This document shows, piece by piece, positions 21,069-30,457 of a stretch of DNA of 64,000 bases (position 1 is its first letter; each line of letters starts with the position of its first letter). The DNA comes from a virus (Duplodnaviria > Caudoviricetes), in IMG/VR virus record IMGVR_UViG_637000272_000004, positions 21,538-85,537 of that record; one strand, given 5' to 3'. The notes beneath the pieces were generated by a model. The model saw only the letters and a list, made by a program, of their open reading frames with translations. It ran no database searches and was not told the origin of the DNA. Position numbers and translations under genes: made by a program.

Positions 21069-21403
21069 ATTTTATTATAAAAACACTCACAAATTGGTGG
21101 CCGTTAGATAATATAAAAAATATTTGTAAAGAAAAGCATCATTTACAAACTAATCAAGAAAGGTATCTTTGGTTATTACCATTATAACATTTTTTAAAAT
21201 TAATCAATTATAATCTTACTCCTAAACCATATTGAATACCTTGATGTATTATAAAAGTACTGTCCAAATCCAAAGTAGTATTTGGGTTTCTATATTTAAA
21301 ATTGACACTAGCTTTCCGTTGTTTGCCTACATATTTTTAATCATAGTTAAATATATAATACACAACTTATTACATAAGGAATAGACAGAACATAATGGCG
21401 AAC

Positions 21404-21568
21404 AAAAAACAACCACCCAGCAACTAGTATGGGAGGTGTAGCGACTGTAACAACTCTATGTTATCAAGATATATGTATCGAGTGATGACAAGGAAGATGT
21501 CTCCTGTGAGACCGACAGTCAGATATATGGCCTCTGCCGGGCTATATAGTTCATTCCTACTATATACA
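21404..21568 (-). ncRNA. Candidate ~165-nt structured sRNA
   Basis: TATAAT at 21580-21575, 8-bp 5' stem with AGGA in the loop, terminator plus U6. Confidence 0.45.
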
Positions 21569-21584
21569 CATGTAATTATAAAAT

Positions 21585-21662
21585 AAAAAATAGGCAAGTA
21601 CCGAAGTACCTGCCTACTACTCACGATTTCAACTTGAGAGAGAAATCTTGAATAAAATATAT
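21585..21662 (-). ncRNA. Candidate ~78-nt sRNA with SprY-like terminator
   Basis: TTGCAT-16nt-TATTAT promoter, UUUCUCUCUC tract, GGCAGGTAC-TTCG-GTACTTGCC plus U6. Confidence 0.5.
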
Positions 21663-21702
21663 AGAAATAATACCACAATTATTTTTTAATGCAAATAAAA
21701 AA

Positions 21703-21727
21703 GGCGAATGCATATAATGCACCCGCC
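21703..21727 (-). terminator. Late-operon terminator after the lysin
   Basis: GGCGGGTGCAT-TAT-ATGCATTCGCC plus T6. Confidence 0.8.
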
Positions 21728-21753
21728 TAGAAAAGACTCACCACAATTTTATA

Positions 21754-23199
21754 TTAACTGATTTCTCCCCATAAGTCACCTAATATCTGATTAGGCGGGG
21801 CAGAACCATTCCATGTTCTAATAGGCAAGTAATAACGTTGCCCCTCCCATGTATATCCTACCCAAACGTGGCCATCTTGTAACATCACTTCTGTATAATC
21901 ACAATATCCACCAGGTTGGAACTGATAACCCACTGGACAAGATAAAAATGGCCCCACTTTTCTTACTGTGATTGGTTGATTGCCGTTTGTGAATCTAGCA
22001 CTTTCTTCCATGTAGTAAGTACCATATTTATTACGTTTCCATGCACTCGCAACTGGCTTAACTGTATTACTTGAAGCACTTGAATCATTTGAGACAGTAG
22101 CAACCGGTATTTTACCATCCATGTATGCTCTAATTTGCTTGATAAAGTAGTCTTTAAGTTGTAGTCGTTTATCTTCTGGCAATAGACCACGAGTTACTGG
22201 GTCAAAACCAGTGTGCAATACTGAGCTTCTGTGTGGGCATGATGTTGAAGTGAATTCGTTGTGTAATCGGATTGTGTTACGGTTTGCTGGTAATCCCCAT
22301 TTTTTCAACAATCTAGCACATTCTTGGAAAGTCGCCTGTTCATTTTTTAAAAACGTCGCATTATCTGCTCCCATTGATTGGCACACTTCAATACCGTAAC
22401 CATATTTATTGCCTATTTGGTTCGCTGTATGCCAACCTACTTGCGATTCGTCTAAGGCTTGCCAAACCGTGTTACCTGATACGTAACTATGCGCAATACC
22501 TGCCTCTAGTCTCGATAATGGCGCGTTAACTAATCCATTACGATATGCTTCTGCTGTTGCTCCTTTGCTTCCTGCGTCGTTGTGAATAACTATAAAGTTA
22601 GGGTTACTACCACGCTTAGGTAGATCATAACCTTTAACCACATCTTTGATGATTTTAAGTTCTACCGCTTTAGGTTGTGGCTTAGCCGTTTCCTTTTTAG
22701 ATGCTTGCGTAGGAGATTGTACTGATCGTGGAGCTGTTTCGCTTTTGAAGTTAGGACGGATAAACCACATAGGGAAGTCGTAAGCGTGTTGGCGTCTTGT
22801 AACTTTTTCCCAACCAGAGCCAGGTTGTTGTACACCGTCTGTCCAGCCACCGCCGAGCCAATTCTGCTCATATACAATGATATAATCTAAAGTTGCTTCA
22901 ATTACCCATGCAACATGACCGTATCCTGCACCATAATTACTACCGAATACAACCATGTCGCCAGGTTGCGCTAAGAAGTCTGGTGTATTTTGGTATACAG
23001 TAGCTAGTCCGTCAAAATTGTTGGCGAATGGAATATCTTTTGCACCTACACCTTTTAAAAGTAATCCGAACAAAGCTTTCCAACCAGCATTAGCATAATC
23101 AAAGCATTGAAATCCATACCATCCGTCCGCATTATATTGTTTTCCCTCAGATGTTTTCAACCACTCTATAAACTCTTTTTTAGTTAGTTTTGCTTGCAT
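21754..23199 (-). CDS. Endolysin, CHAP-amidase_2-SH3b (phi11-like), 481 aa
   Basis: QCFDYAN and GHVAWV CHAP, VIHND amidase, C-terminal SH3b. Confidence 0.96.
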   Translation of the reverse strand: MQAKLTKKEFIEWLKTSEGKQYNADGWYGFQCFDYANAGWKALFGLLLKGVGAKDIPFANNFDGLATVYQNTPDFLAQPGDMVVFGSNYGAGYGHVAWVIEATLDYIIVYEQNWLGGGWTDGVQQPGSGWEKVTRRQHAYDFPMWFIRPNFKSETAPRSVQSPTQASKKETAKPQPKAVELKIIKDVVKGYDLPKRGSNPNFIVIHNDAGSKGATAEAYRNGLVNAPLSRLEAGIAHSYVSGNTVWQALDESQVGWHTANQIGNKYGYGIEVCQSMGADNATFLKNEQATFQECARLLKKWGLPANRNTIRLHNEFTSTSCPHRSSVLHTGFDPVTRGLLPEDKRLQLKDYFIKQIRAYMDGKIPVATVSNDSSASSNTVKPVASAWKRNKYGTYYMEESARFTNGNQPITVRKVGPFLSCPVGYQFQPGGYCDYTEVMLQDGHVWVGYTWEGQRYYLPIRTWNGSAPPNQILGDLWGEIS

Positions 23200-23617
23200 T
23201 GTCGCCACCTCCATAATGATATTCGTTCACGTCAAAACCAACCTCATTAGAGGCGTCTGTAAATGGCTGTGATGTGTCATACTCTTTCGGTACTTTCGCG
23301 CTTAATTCCGGTGTTAAGCTAGTATCTTGTGAAGTTTTCCAAGTCACTTGTTGTTCTTCTTTGCTACTATCTCTAGGCGCTTGATATGTCTGTGCTATAG
23401 ATGAATCGGCAACACCTTTTGACGTCGGGTCAGTAATAACGCCAATACCTGTAAGTAACGTGAGGATGGCGCCTATAATTGCGCTAGCTTGATTTAATTG
23501 AGTAGATAAATCTAATCCGAATAAATCCGTGATTTGCTTGATAAATAGCAACAATGCACCAACTAAACCTGTTAATACTGCTTTGTTTTTAAATCTCAAT
23601 TTCCAGTTAATATCCAT
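23180..23617 (-). CDS. Holin, 145 aa
   Basis: [12 protein letters not shown]...[10 protein letters not shown]; overlaps the lysin start. Confidence 0.93.
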   Translation of the reverse strand: MDINWKLRFKNKAVLTGLVGALLLFIKQITDLFGLDLSTQLNQASAIIGAILTLLTGIGVITDPTSKGVADSSIAQTYQAPRDSSKEEQQVTWKTSQDTSLTPELSAKVPKEYDTSQPFTDASNEVGFDVNEYHYGGGDNASKTN

Positions 23618-23667
23618 TTGTTTGCTCCTTTTATCCAAAATAAAAAGCCAACCTCGAAAGGTTAGCT

Positions 23668-25680
23668 TTAAATTAATGTGTTTGCGTATGGTATTTCTGT
23701 TGTTCTGTAATTCAGTTTGAATTGCCATTCATAACCCGCTTCAATTGTTTCTTCTTTAAATTGTTGGTTATAAATCTTGCCCATATCTGCGTTGCGGTGC
23801 TCTATCCATGTATCGCCTTTTATCGCATTGTCGTTAATTCTGTTTGTTTTGATAATATTTTCAAATTCAAAAGCCGTAATAACATCATTAGTATCATTAC
23901 TTAATACATATGATTTAGCTTGCAGTTTTTCGGGCATCTTCTCAATTCTATATGTTCCGCTTATATCTGGTTTATATGTGTTGTTCAATGACGATTTAAT
24001 TTTGTTAACGTTTTTAGTGAAATACGGCACCATGCCAGCGTATGCTGTTTTGACATATGTGTTTTTTAAAAACTTAACACTTCCATATACCGAAATTGCA
24101 CCATTTTTAATTGAGTGGTTTGTAATGATATTGACTAAATCGTCGCTATCAACTCGACCGTTAATATTCTGAACTAAGCTAACATTTTTGATATCTGTAT
24201 AAACTCTATCAGTGATAAATGGTAATTCTTTATTGTCTCCTAATAACTTAGCCTCTTTGTTTTTAAAAGCTGTCGCTATTCCATTATGTTCTGGCACAAA
24301 TTGCTCTCCAGTTGAATTGTTAGCGCCTCTAATTTGCATTGCAACGTCTTTGTTAGAGTAGCTATAAAGTGATTGCGTGACATTTGTTACAACCGGAACT
24401 AATTTAAACACGTTGATTGTACCTTTAACATCTTGTGGACGCGCGCCACCAAAATATAACCAACCTCTAGGAGATGAAACTGGATAGCTAGGGTCTTGAC
24501 CTTTGTATACTAATTTCAGTGTATGTTTTTTATAATCTAAGTTATCGAAAAGTAGTTGCTCGTTATCAACTTTATTGGTACTGCTATACGTAGAAATAGT
24601 TTTTCTCTGTTCGTTAATTGTTCCCTCATCAAGTATCGCTTCCCAAATACCGCCAACGTTATTGCAATAAGATGTGAAATTGATTTTATCCGCAATAATT
24701 GTTCCTTTGAGTGTTGCACCTACAGTAGTTGCATAATAGTTTGGTGCATAAGAAGTATTGAACATACTACTATCAACCATTTCTAAATTTTGGTACCCGA
24801 TCGATTTGTTTTCGTTGGCGTAGTCTCCTATTTCTGTCTCTCTAAAAATGATATAGTCATCTTTCTGGTTTTTATTGAACCAAACTCTTAAAGCTCGACT
24901 ACTACTTATTGGTTGCACTACATGGAATGTTTGAGATGGTGCATGTACGATACTAACTGTCATATCTCCTTTAGTTGTAGATAACTTGTTAACCTCTTCA
25001 ACAAAATTTGGTTGTAAAGGTAAATTGACAACATCTTTTAAATTAGAGAAGTTACCAATTGCGTCAGTTATATCAGCGCTGGTTCCCGCAATGCCTTGCG
25101 CACCTCGTTCGCCCGCTTCTCCTTTTTCTCCACGTTCTCCACGCTCGCCCTTAAACTTGTCTGCATTGTCAGCGATGTATTGCTTAGCAGTTGTGTTTAA
25201 CGTTTCTTTGAAGTCGTCTCCTAGTAACTCACTAGCGTTTGTACGGATAATTCTTTTTACAGTGTCCTCAACTAATGTGATAGACACCTCTTTTTGCACT
25301 GCGTTATCTATACCACTATCGATAATGTAGAAATGGAAGTTTGCAACGTGTATTCTTTCGTGGTCATTCTCTAAAAACAACTTACAACGCACCATACCGA
25401 CGTGTTTAATAACGTTTTTGGGTATCTTGTAGGTAAGGAACCCTTTTACATTATCGTCGATTAAAACTGGCTCATTTTTGAATATAGAACCATCTTCCGC
25501 GAACAGATGTAACTTAGGGGTCAAATTACTTTCTTTGAAGTTGATTCTGCCTTTTTCGTCGTTGATACCGATTCTGACATAAGCTGTGTTCTCGTCTTCT
25601 GTGTAGAAGCGACAACCTATGTCGCCGATATCAACTGTTTTTTTATTTATTCGCGTTTCAATGTCTTGTATTTTGTACAT
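23668..25680 (-). CDS. BppU-type upper tail fibre with short collagen repeat and unrecognised ~470-aa C-terminus
   Basis: BppU-like N-domain, then GERGERGEKGEAGERGAQG; sits between hydrolase and holin. Confidence 0.8.
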   Translation of the reverse strand: MYKIQDIETRINKKTVDIGDIGCRFYTEDENTAYVRIGINDEKGRINFKESNLTPKLHLFAEDGSIFKNEPVLIDDNVKGFLTYKIPKNVIKHVGMVRCKLFLENDHERIHVANFHFYIIDSGIDNAVQKEVSITLVEDTVKRIIRTNASELLGDDFKETLNTTAKQYIADNADKFKGERGERGEKGEAGERGAQGIAGTSADITDAIGNFSNLKDVVNLPLQPNFVEEVNKLSTTKGDMTVSIVHAPSQTFHVVQPISSSRALRVWFNKNQKDDYIIFRETEIGDYANENKSIGYQNLEMVDSSMFNTSYAPNYYATTVGATLKGTIIADKINFTSYCNNVGGIWEAILDEGTINEQRKTISTYSSTNKVDNEQLLFDNLDYKKHTLKLVYKGQDPSYPVSSPRGWLYFGGARPQDVKGTINVFKLVPVVTNVTQSLYSYSNKDVAMQIRGANNSTGEQFVPEHNGIATAFKNKEAKLLGDNKELPFITDRVYTDIKNVSLVQNINGRVDSDDLVNIITNHSIKNGAISVYGSVKFLKNTYVKTAYAGMVPYFTKNVNKIKSSLNNTYKPDISGTYRIEKMPEKLQAKSYVLSNDTNDVITAFEFENIIKTNRINDNAIKGDTWIEHRNADMGKIYNQQFKEETIEAGYEWQFKLNYRTTEIPYANTLI

Positions 25681-25692
25681 TTACACACCTCT

Positions 25693-27597
25693 TTATTTAT
25701 ATTTATCTCTTGTGAAGTAGATACCTTTTAAGCCGATTTGTTTATATAACTTAGCGATTGTACTTGCTTGATGTTGGCACCACTCTATAGCAGTAGCATA
25801 TTGATGTGTAGCTGGATTCTTAGGATTCCATCTGATTCTGTACAGTGTATTTTGTCCTTTGTTGATGTAATCCTTTCTTACGAAGCTAGCACCGCCCATG
25901 ATTGCTTTTGCTGGAGATGTCCAACCTTTATTCCTTGCAAACGTCATTGCGTAGTTAGGATTGTTGTCGTAAGCACCTATACCAAAGTAGTTGTACACCC
26001 CATCTTTTCCGCTTGCGAAGTTACTTGTTCCATATCCACTTTCTAAGAAAGCGTGTGCGATCAAATAAATTTCATTAATGTTATGCTTTTTACAAGCTTC
26101 TGCGAACGCTTTACCTTGATTATTCAATGTCCCCTTGCCTTTAAGTATCTTATTAAGCGAACTAACTGAAACACCTTGATACTTGCCTAAATTAAGCATT
26201 TGGTAGCATTGTGTGTTACTTTCCCATATTCGCTTAACATTCATTGCCGAGCTCGTTTGAGCTCGTGTAGCGTTAGCCCAGCCCCATGTATGAGATTTTT
26301 TCGGGTTACCCCTAGACATTTGTCTATCCAGTGCTTGTTTGAATGTATAAGGACTTGTTTCGGTAATAATCTGCGGTTGCTTAGATGCCGAACCATTGTT
26401 AGCTGTTGGTGATGAGTCTCTTACATTAGCTATATCAGCGTTTTTATTATCTACCATAACTTTTATTCTAGATTTTGTTACTGTTGGTTTAGTTATAGAA
26501 TTTAATAATTTTTCTCTGTTTTTAAATATATTAAGTAATGCCTTTTCTAACGCTTCATATTTATCTTTAGGAGGAACACCGTTGTCAATCATATTCCAAT
26601 TAACATGTTCCAACATCGAACGCCAAATGCTATCGTCTACTTTAAGATTTTCAATACTTAGAGGTATCTCGTATTCAACCATCATGTCTACCGCTACACC
26701 CATTGCGTAAATTTCATTGAAAATAAATTCATTTTTACTCGCGCTATAATCTTCGCATACGTCTATAACTATATAATCAGGTTCATTAGGAACCTCAAAT
26801 ACCGCTCTTCTAGGAGCCCAAATGTTATGTCTATCAACATAAAAGTGGGGATATTCCACATCTTGTTTGTATTTCTTCCTACTGTTATATAAATTTTCTA
26901 CTGAACTCATTGTTTGAGCATTTCTAATCATTATCCCTTTAGGTTTTTCGAGTCGTCGATTACCCTCTACTATAAAGTGATAAATATATTCCGGATAATT
27001 AACCTCTTGGCTAGAAATAGTGTACTTTATAGTTTTTACGTCTTTCCAAATCGGAACTTTTTTATTATTCTTTTCCTTATCATCACTATCATCTTTCGGT
27101 TTAGGTACCGGTTGGGGTGCCGGTGTAGTTTTGTCTGGATGATATGGTGGTCTAACAAAATGTGTTACTCCTCCAGGCCCATCGTGATAAGTATGTTTGA
27201 TTTTATAGGGAGGACTGCCAGACCAATTAGCTGTATACCAATTCTGATCTACTGAAACAAACGCATTTTTATCAGCTGGACCAACAACTATCGCTACATG
27301 ACCCGGGTTTCTATTAGCCCAAACTGCCCAATCTCCCGGCTTAGGCGTAAAACTAGCTGTGTTTCTATAAATTTTAAAATCTCTACCGCGATAATTGGAT
27401 TTTTGAGCCATAGCATTTGCGTTGCCCCAAGTTCTGAACCCCCAATATCGTTCTAAAATATAGTTAGGAACATCCCAACATTGCCCGCCGTATGCTCTGT
27501 CAACATCTATAACTCTTCTGTTTTTAGCCATATACAGTGCCCACTCCACCACTTCACTAGCTGTAGGTTTTCGAGTCTTTGGATTAGGTAATCCCAT
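25693..27597 (-). CDS. Virion-associated peptidoglycan hydrolase (CHAP + glucosaminidase)
   Basis: GQCWD and GHVAIV; AHAFLESGYG, NYFGIGAYD, HQYAT. Confidence 0.93.
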   Translation of the reverse strand: MGLPNPKTRKPTASEVVEWALYMAKNRRVIDVDRAYGGQCWDVPNYILERYWGFRTWGNANAMAQKSNYRGRDFKIYRNTASFTPKPGDWAVWANRNPGHVAIVVGPADKNAFVSVDQNWYTANWSGSPPYKIKHTYHDGPGGVTHFVRPPYHPDKTTPAPQPVPKPKDDSDDKEKNNKKVPIWKDVKTIKYTISSQEVNYPEYIYHFIVEGNRRLEKPKGIMIRNAQTMSSVENLYNSRKKYKQDVEYPHFYVDRHNIWAPRRAVFEVPNEPDYIVIDVCEDYSASKNEFIFNEIYAMGVAVDMMVEYEIPLSIENLKVDDSIWRSMLEHVNWNMIDNGVPPKDKYEALEKALLNIFKNREKLLNSITKPTVTKSRIKVMVDNKNADIANVRDSSPTANNGSASKQPQIITETSPYTFKQALDRQMSRGNPKKSHTWGWANATRAQTSSAMNVKRIWESNTQCYQMLNLGKYQGVSVSSLNKILKGKGTLNNQGKAFAEACKKHNINEIYLIAHAFLESGYGTSNFASGKDGVYNYFGIGAYDNNPNYAMTFARNKGWTSPAKAIMGGASFVRKDYINKGQNTLYRIRWNPKNPATHQYATAIEWCQHQASTIAKLYKQIGLKGIYFTRDKYK

Positions 27598-27656
27598 GTA
27601 TGCACCTCATTTCAATCAAAATAAAAAGCCAGTGCCGAAGCACTGACCTTTAAAAA

Positions 27657-27719
27657 TTATTTGCATTTCCCAAACCAAAAGCATGACCAAAAACTATAAC
27701 CTAACAAGCCTTTTAGCAT
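27657..27719 (-). CDS. 20-aa hydrophobic peptide MLKGLLGYSFWSCFWFGKCK (not in ORF track)
   Basis: AAAGGAGGTG RBS at good spacing, followed by a hairpin at 27626-27650. Confidence 0.55.
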   Translation of the reverse strand: MLKGLLGYSFWSCFWFGKCK

Positions 27720-27733
27720 AGTTAACACCTCCT

Positions 27734-28039
27734 TTAAATACCAAAAACAGTTCTTAAAATCGCGATGATTAATGAACCTAAAATAGTACCTATAAGCCCC
27801 ATAACCCACGTTTTTAAATCTTTGATATTTTTAGCGTTCTTTTCTTTCATTTCTTTGTCTAATTCTCTTTCTCGCTTCATCTCGTCGAGCGTTCTATCTA
27901 GTTTATCGCTTACTTTTTCTTGAGCTTTTTGACCATGTTCAATTTTGTCTAACTTCTCAAACATTGTTTTGTCATTATCTTCAAGTCTTTGTATACGCCA
28001 ATTTTGCTCATAAAAGCGTTTGTTAAAAAGCCCAAACAT
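27734..28039 (-). CDS. Small coiled-coil phage protein with C-terminal TM
   Basis: 101 aa; typical position in Staphylococcus siphoviruses. Confidence 0.8.
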   Translation of the reverse strand: MFGLFNKRFYEQNWRIQRLEDNDKTMFEKLDKIEHGQKAQEKVSDKLDRTLDEMKRERELDKEMKEKNAKNIKDLKTWVMGLIGTILGSLIIAILRTVFGI

Positions 28040-28078
28040 TCATACACCCACTTTATTCAAATTTAAAAGCCACAAGCA

Positions 28079-28255
28079 TTATACCTGTGACTTTTCATCT
28101 TTTGTCTCTGGATATTTTTCTCCAGTGATTAATGCATATTCTTCTTTGTCAATAACGCCCATATCCGCATACCACTTAATTTGCTCGTTTTTGTAACAAC
28201 CCCACACATAAAAAGTTTTGATATCTTTAAAAGTTGGATAAATCATCTTCATCAT
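28079..28255 (-). CDS. XkdX-family protein, 58 aa (not in ORF track)
   Basis: MMKMIYPTFKDIKTFYVWGCYKNEQIKWYADMGVIDKEEYALITGEKYP. Confidence 0.85.
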   Translation of the reverse strand: MMKMIYPTFKDIKTFYVWGCYKNEQIKWYADMGVIDKEEYALITGEKYPETKDEKSQV

Positions 28256-28634
28256 TTAAACGTCCCCCCTCAGTATTAGTTTTATTAGTTTTAAGTTCAG
28301 TCAACTGTTGTGTTAACTTAGCGTTTTGTTGAGTTAATTGCATCGTTAACATGTTCAATTGTGTCATCTGCATTTGCATACTAGCAACCATTCGGCGGAG
28401 CTCTTCATCGCTCAAATCTGATGCATTTTGTTGACTAGGTGTGTTCGAATCATCTTCTTTTTCAAAATTGTTGTTGTATTTAATTTCGCCGTTAGTGAAT
28501 ACAAACTTTCTAGGTTCGAACTCTTCTTTGAATTTGATAGGTACATTGTTATCATCTACATCTAAACTATTGCGTAATCCGCCAGTATTAACGTATCCGA
28601 TAACCTCGTTTTTATCGTTTACTGTGATTTTCAT
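28227..28634 (-). CDS. DUF2977 fibre-associated protein; C-terminus extended by a G-run slip
   Basis: MKITVNDKNEVIGYV; G6 run at 28264-28269 where G5 would give EGDV*. Confidence 0.8.
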   Translation of the reverse strand: MKITVNDKNEVIGYVNTGGLRNSLDVDDNNVPIKFKEEFEPRKFVFTNGEIKYNNNFEKEDDSNTPSQQNASDLSDEELRRMVASMQMQMTQLNMLTMQLTQQNAKLTQQLTELKTNKTNTEGGRLNDEDDLSNF

Positions 28635-30457
28635 TATTTCCACCCCATAATTTTGTTTATAGTGACTTTGTTGGCATTCGCTCCGGAACCTGATGTTTTA
28701 CCTAAATCAAAGTACACATCGTTATCTATCCTTAAAGTAGTGCTACTCGTTTTAGTTAGTAAACATTCATAAATACCGCCACCGTTGCCATCTGTGTCAA
28801 CTACATTCGCTTTACTTAACTGAATTGCATTGGGCAATGCGGTTAGTCCGAAAGTTTCTATAATGCCACCAGGATAGGTACCGCTTATTAACAATACAGA
28901 ATAGTTAGTATATGGCTCTGTTAGGTTGATTGTTGTTCCAACACCACTTGCAGCACCGTCAAATAAAACTGAGGTTTTGTGCTCGTTTGGAACTGTCCAT
29001 TGCGAATCGAGTTTGCCATTTATAATAGATCTTGTGTAAACTCTTTTAGAATTCGAGGGAGTAAAGTTAAACAACTTATTTGTTTCATCTTTAACGAACA
29101 CAGATAGATACCCTTCATAACTTTCAGCGCCACTTGGCAAATTCGGCACTCTGGTTGCATAGTAATTACCTGCAGAAAGGTTTCCTAAATCGCCTTGCGC
29201 GTTATTTAAGTTAACTTGTATTGATTGACCATTCGCCTCTGTCATCTTATGTTGTTGCCAGCTCGTTGTTCCGAATTTATCATCTACATACTGCTTAGCT
29301 TGATTTAAAGCGTTATTAGATGTTTCTTCAACAAATCGCTTAGTTAAATCGCCGTCATTCTTTTTATAGAATGGGTACCATGTGCCACCAATTTTATATT
29401 TTGTATATTCATCATTTGAATCATCTGGATACCATGTTGCACGTGCAGTACTATCATCAACAACATAGACAACTAACACGCCTGATTTACCTAAAGTGTT
29501 TGGTGCTACCGGAATATCTGAACCATCGTCAATACCATCTTCTTTAGGTGTGTCGACAGTGCCTATATCCTTGAATGAGGGCGCGTCTGTTGCGCTAGTG
29601 ATATGAATAATCCTAGAGGTGTTAACTGCGCTTAAAACGCTATCTATGGACTGTTCAGACGATTCAATTGCTTTCCCATAATCATCAGTAATTTTTGATT
29701 TTTGCCAATTTGTCGTTGTGTTACCTTTGACGAGGTCAGCACCATTGATTTGTTGCTCAACTTCATTAACACGCGCAAATATCGCTTGCTCCTTTTCAAC
29801 TATTTTATTGAATTCAGCTGTAACAGCTTGTGTTGCACTAGTTTGCGTCGCAGTAATAGCTTGTATAGCTTCGTTTTGCTTGATTTCGATTTGTTGAATG
29901 CCTTTTGTCGCACTATCATTCACTTTTGCTATTAACGTTTGTGTATCAGCCATATTTCGCTTTAATTGGTTAAAGTCTTTACCGACAGCTTCGATAGTAT
30001 CTTGAATAGATTTGATATAAACAAGCTTTGTTATGCCATCAAACCCACTAACTAAATCATTTTCAATATTGAAGCTAAATTGACGTTCAACAACAACATT
30101 ATTACTCCCGTTTTGTGTAAAGAATGCCTGAGCATGCACCTTACCTGAATGTTTTAAAAATTCATTCGGTATCACATACTGCAAACGCCCATTAATTGCG
30201 TCTACTATCGTTAATTCGTCTGAAATATAAGCGCCTCTATCAACGTTATAATCATCGGTTTTTAACACGATGGAAGTTTTAACATGTTCAGAACTTATAG
30301 ATAACGGTCTGTTATTCTTAGTTACTGAAAAATTTAAAACACCAGTTCCTCTATCTGATTCATAGAAACTGATGTTTGTATCAATAACCGGATTATATTG
30401 TGATGTTGTTTGTAACTCGATTAAGTTATCATCTTTCGAAAAATTATCTACTACCAT
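28634..30457 (-). CDS. Lower tail fibre/baseplate protein (BppU-type, FibL-like)
   Basis: 607 aa, FYESDRGTGVLNF N-domain, coiled coil. Confidence 0.88.
   Translation of the reverse strand: MVVDNFSKDDNLIELQTTSQYNPVIDTNISFYESDRGTGVLNFSVTKNNRPLSISSEHVKTSIVLKTDDYNVDRGAYISDELTIVDAINGRLQYVIPNEFLKHSGKVHAQAFFTQNGSNNVVVERQFSFNIENDLVSGFDGITKLVYIKSIQDTIEAVGKDFNQLKRNMADTQTLIAKVNDSATKGIQQIEIKQNEAIQAITATQTSATQAVTAEFNKIVEKEQAIFARVNEVEQQINGADLVKGNTTTNWQKSKITDDYGKAIESSEQSIDSVLSAVNTSRIIHITSATDAPSFKDIGTVDTPKEDGIDDGSDIPVAPNTLGKSGVLVVYVVDDSTARATWYPDDSNDEYTKYKIGGTWYPFYKKNDGDLTKRFVEETSNNALNQAKQYVDDKFGTTSWQQHKMTEANGQSIQVNLNNAQGDLGNLSAGNYYATRVPNLPSGAESYEGYLSVFVKDETNKLFNFTPSNSKRVYTRSIINGKLDSQWTVPNEHKTSVLFDGAASGVGTTINLTEPYTNYSVLLISGTYPGGIIETFGLTALPNAIQLSKANVVDTDGNGGGIYECLLTKTSSTTLRIDNDVYFDLGKTSGSGANANKVTINKIMGWK

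Noticed and set aside
21100-21400. Short minus-strand frame VGKQRKASVNFKYRNPN...GLGVRL
   Set aside because: No start or RBS and no recognisable family; too weak to call.
21424-21678. 84-aa track ORF
   Set aside because: No RBS, and it crosses a strong terminator; better explained as non-coding units.
20950-21750. Search for sak, scn, chp, lukM/F' or PVL cargo after the lysin
   Set aside because: None present.
28227-28270. G6 run extending DUF2977
   Set aside because: Adds only a few residues and may be a homopolymer error; gene treated as functional.
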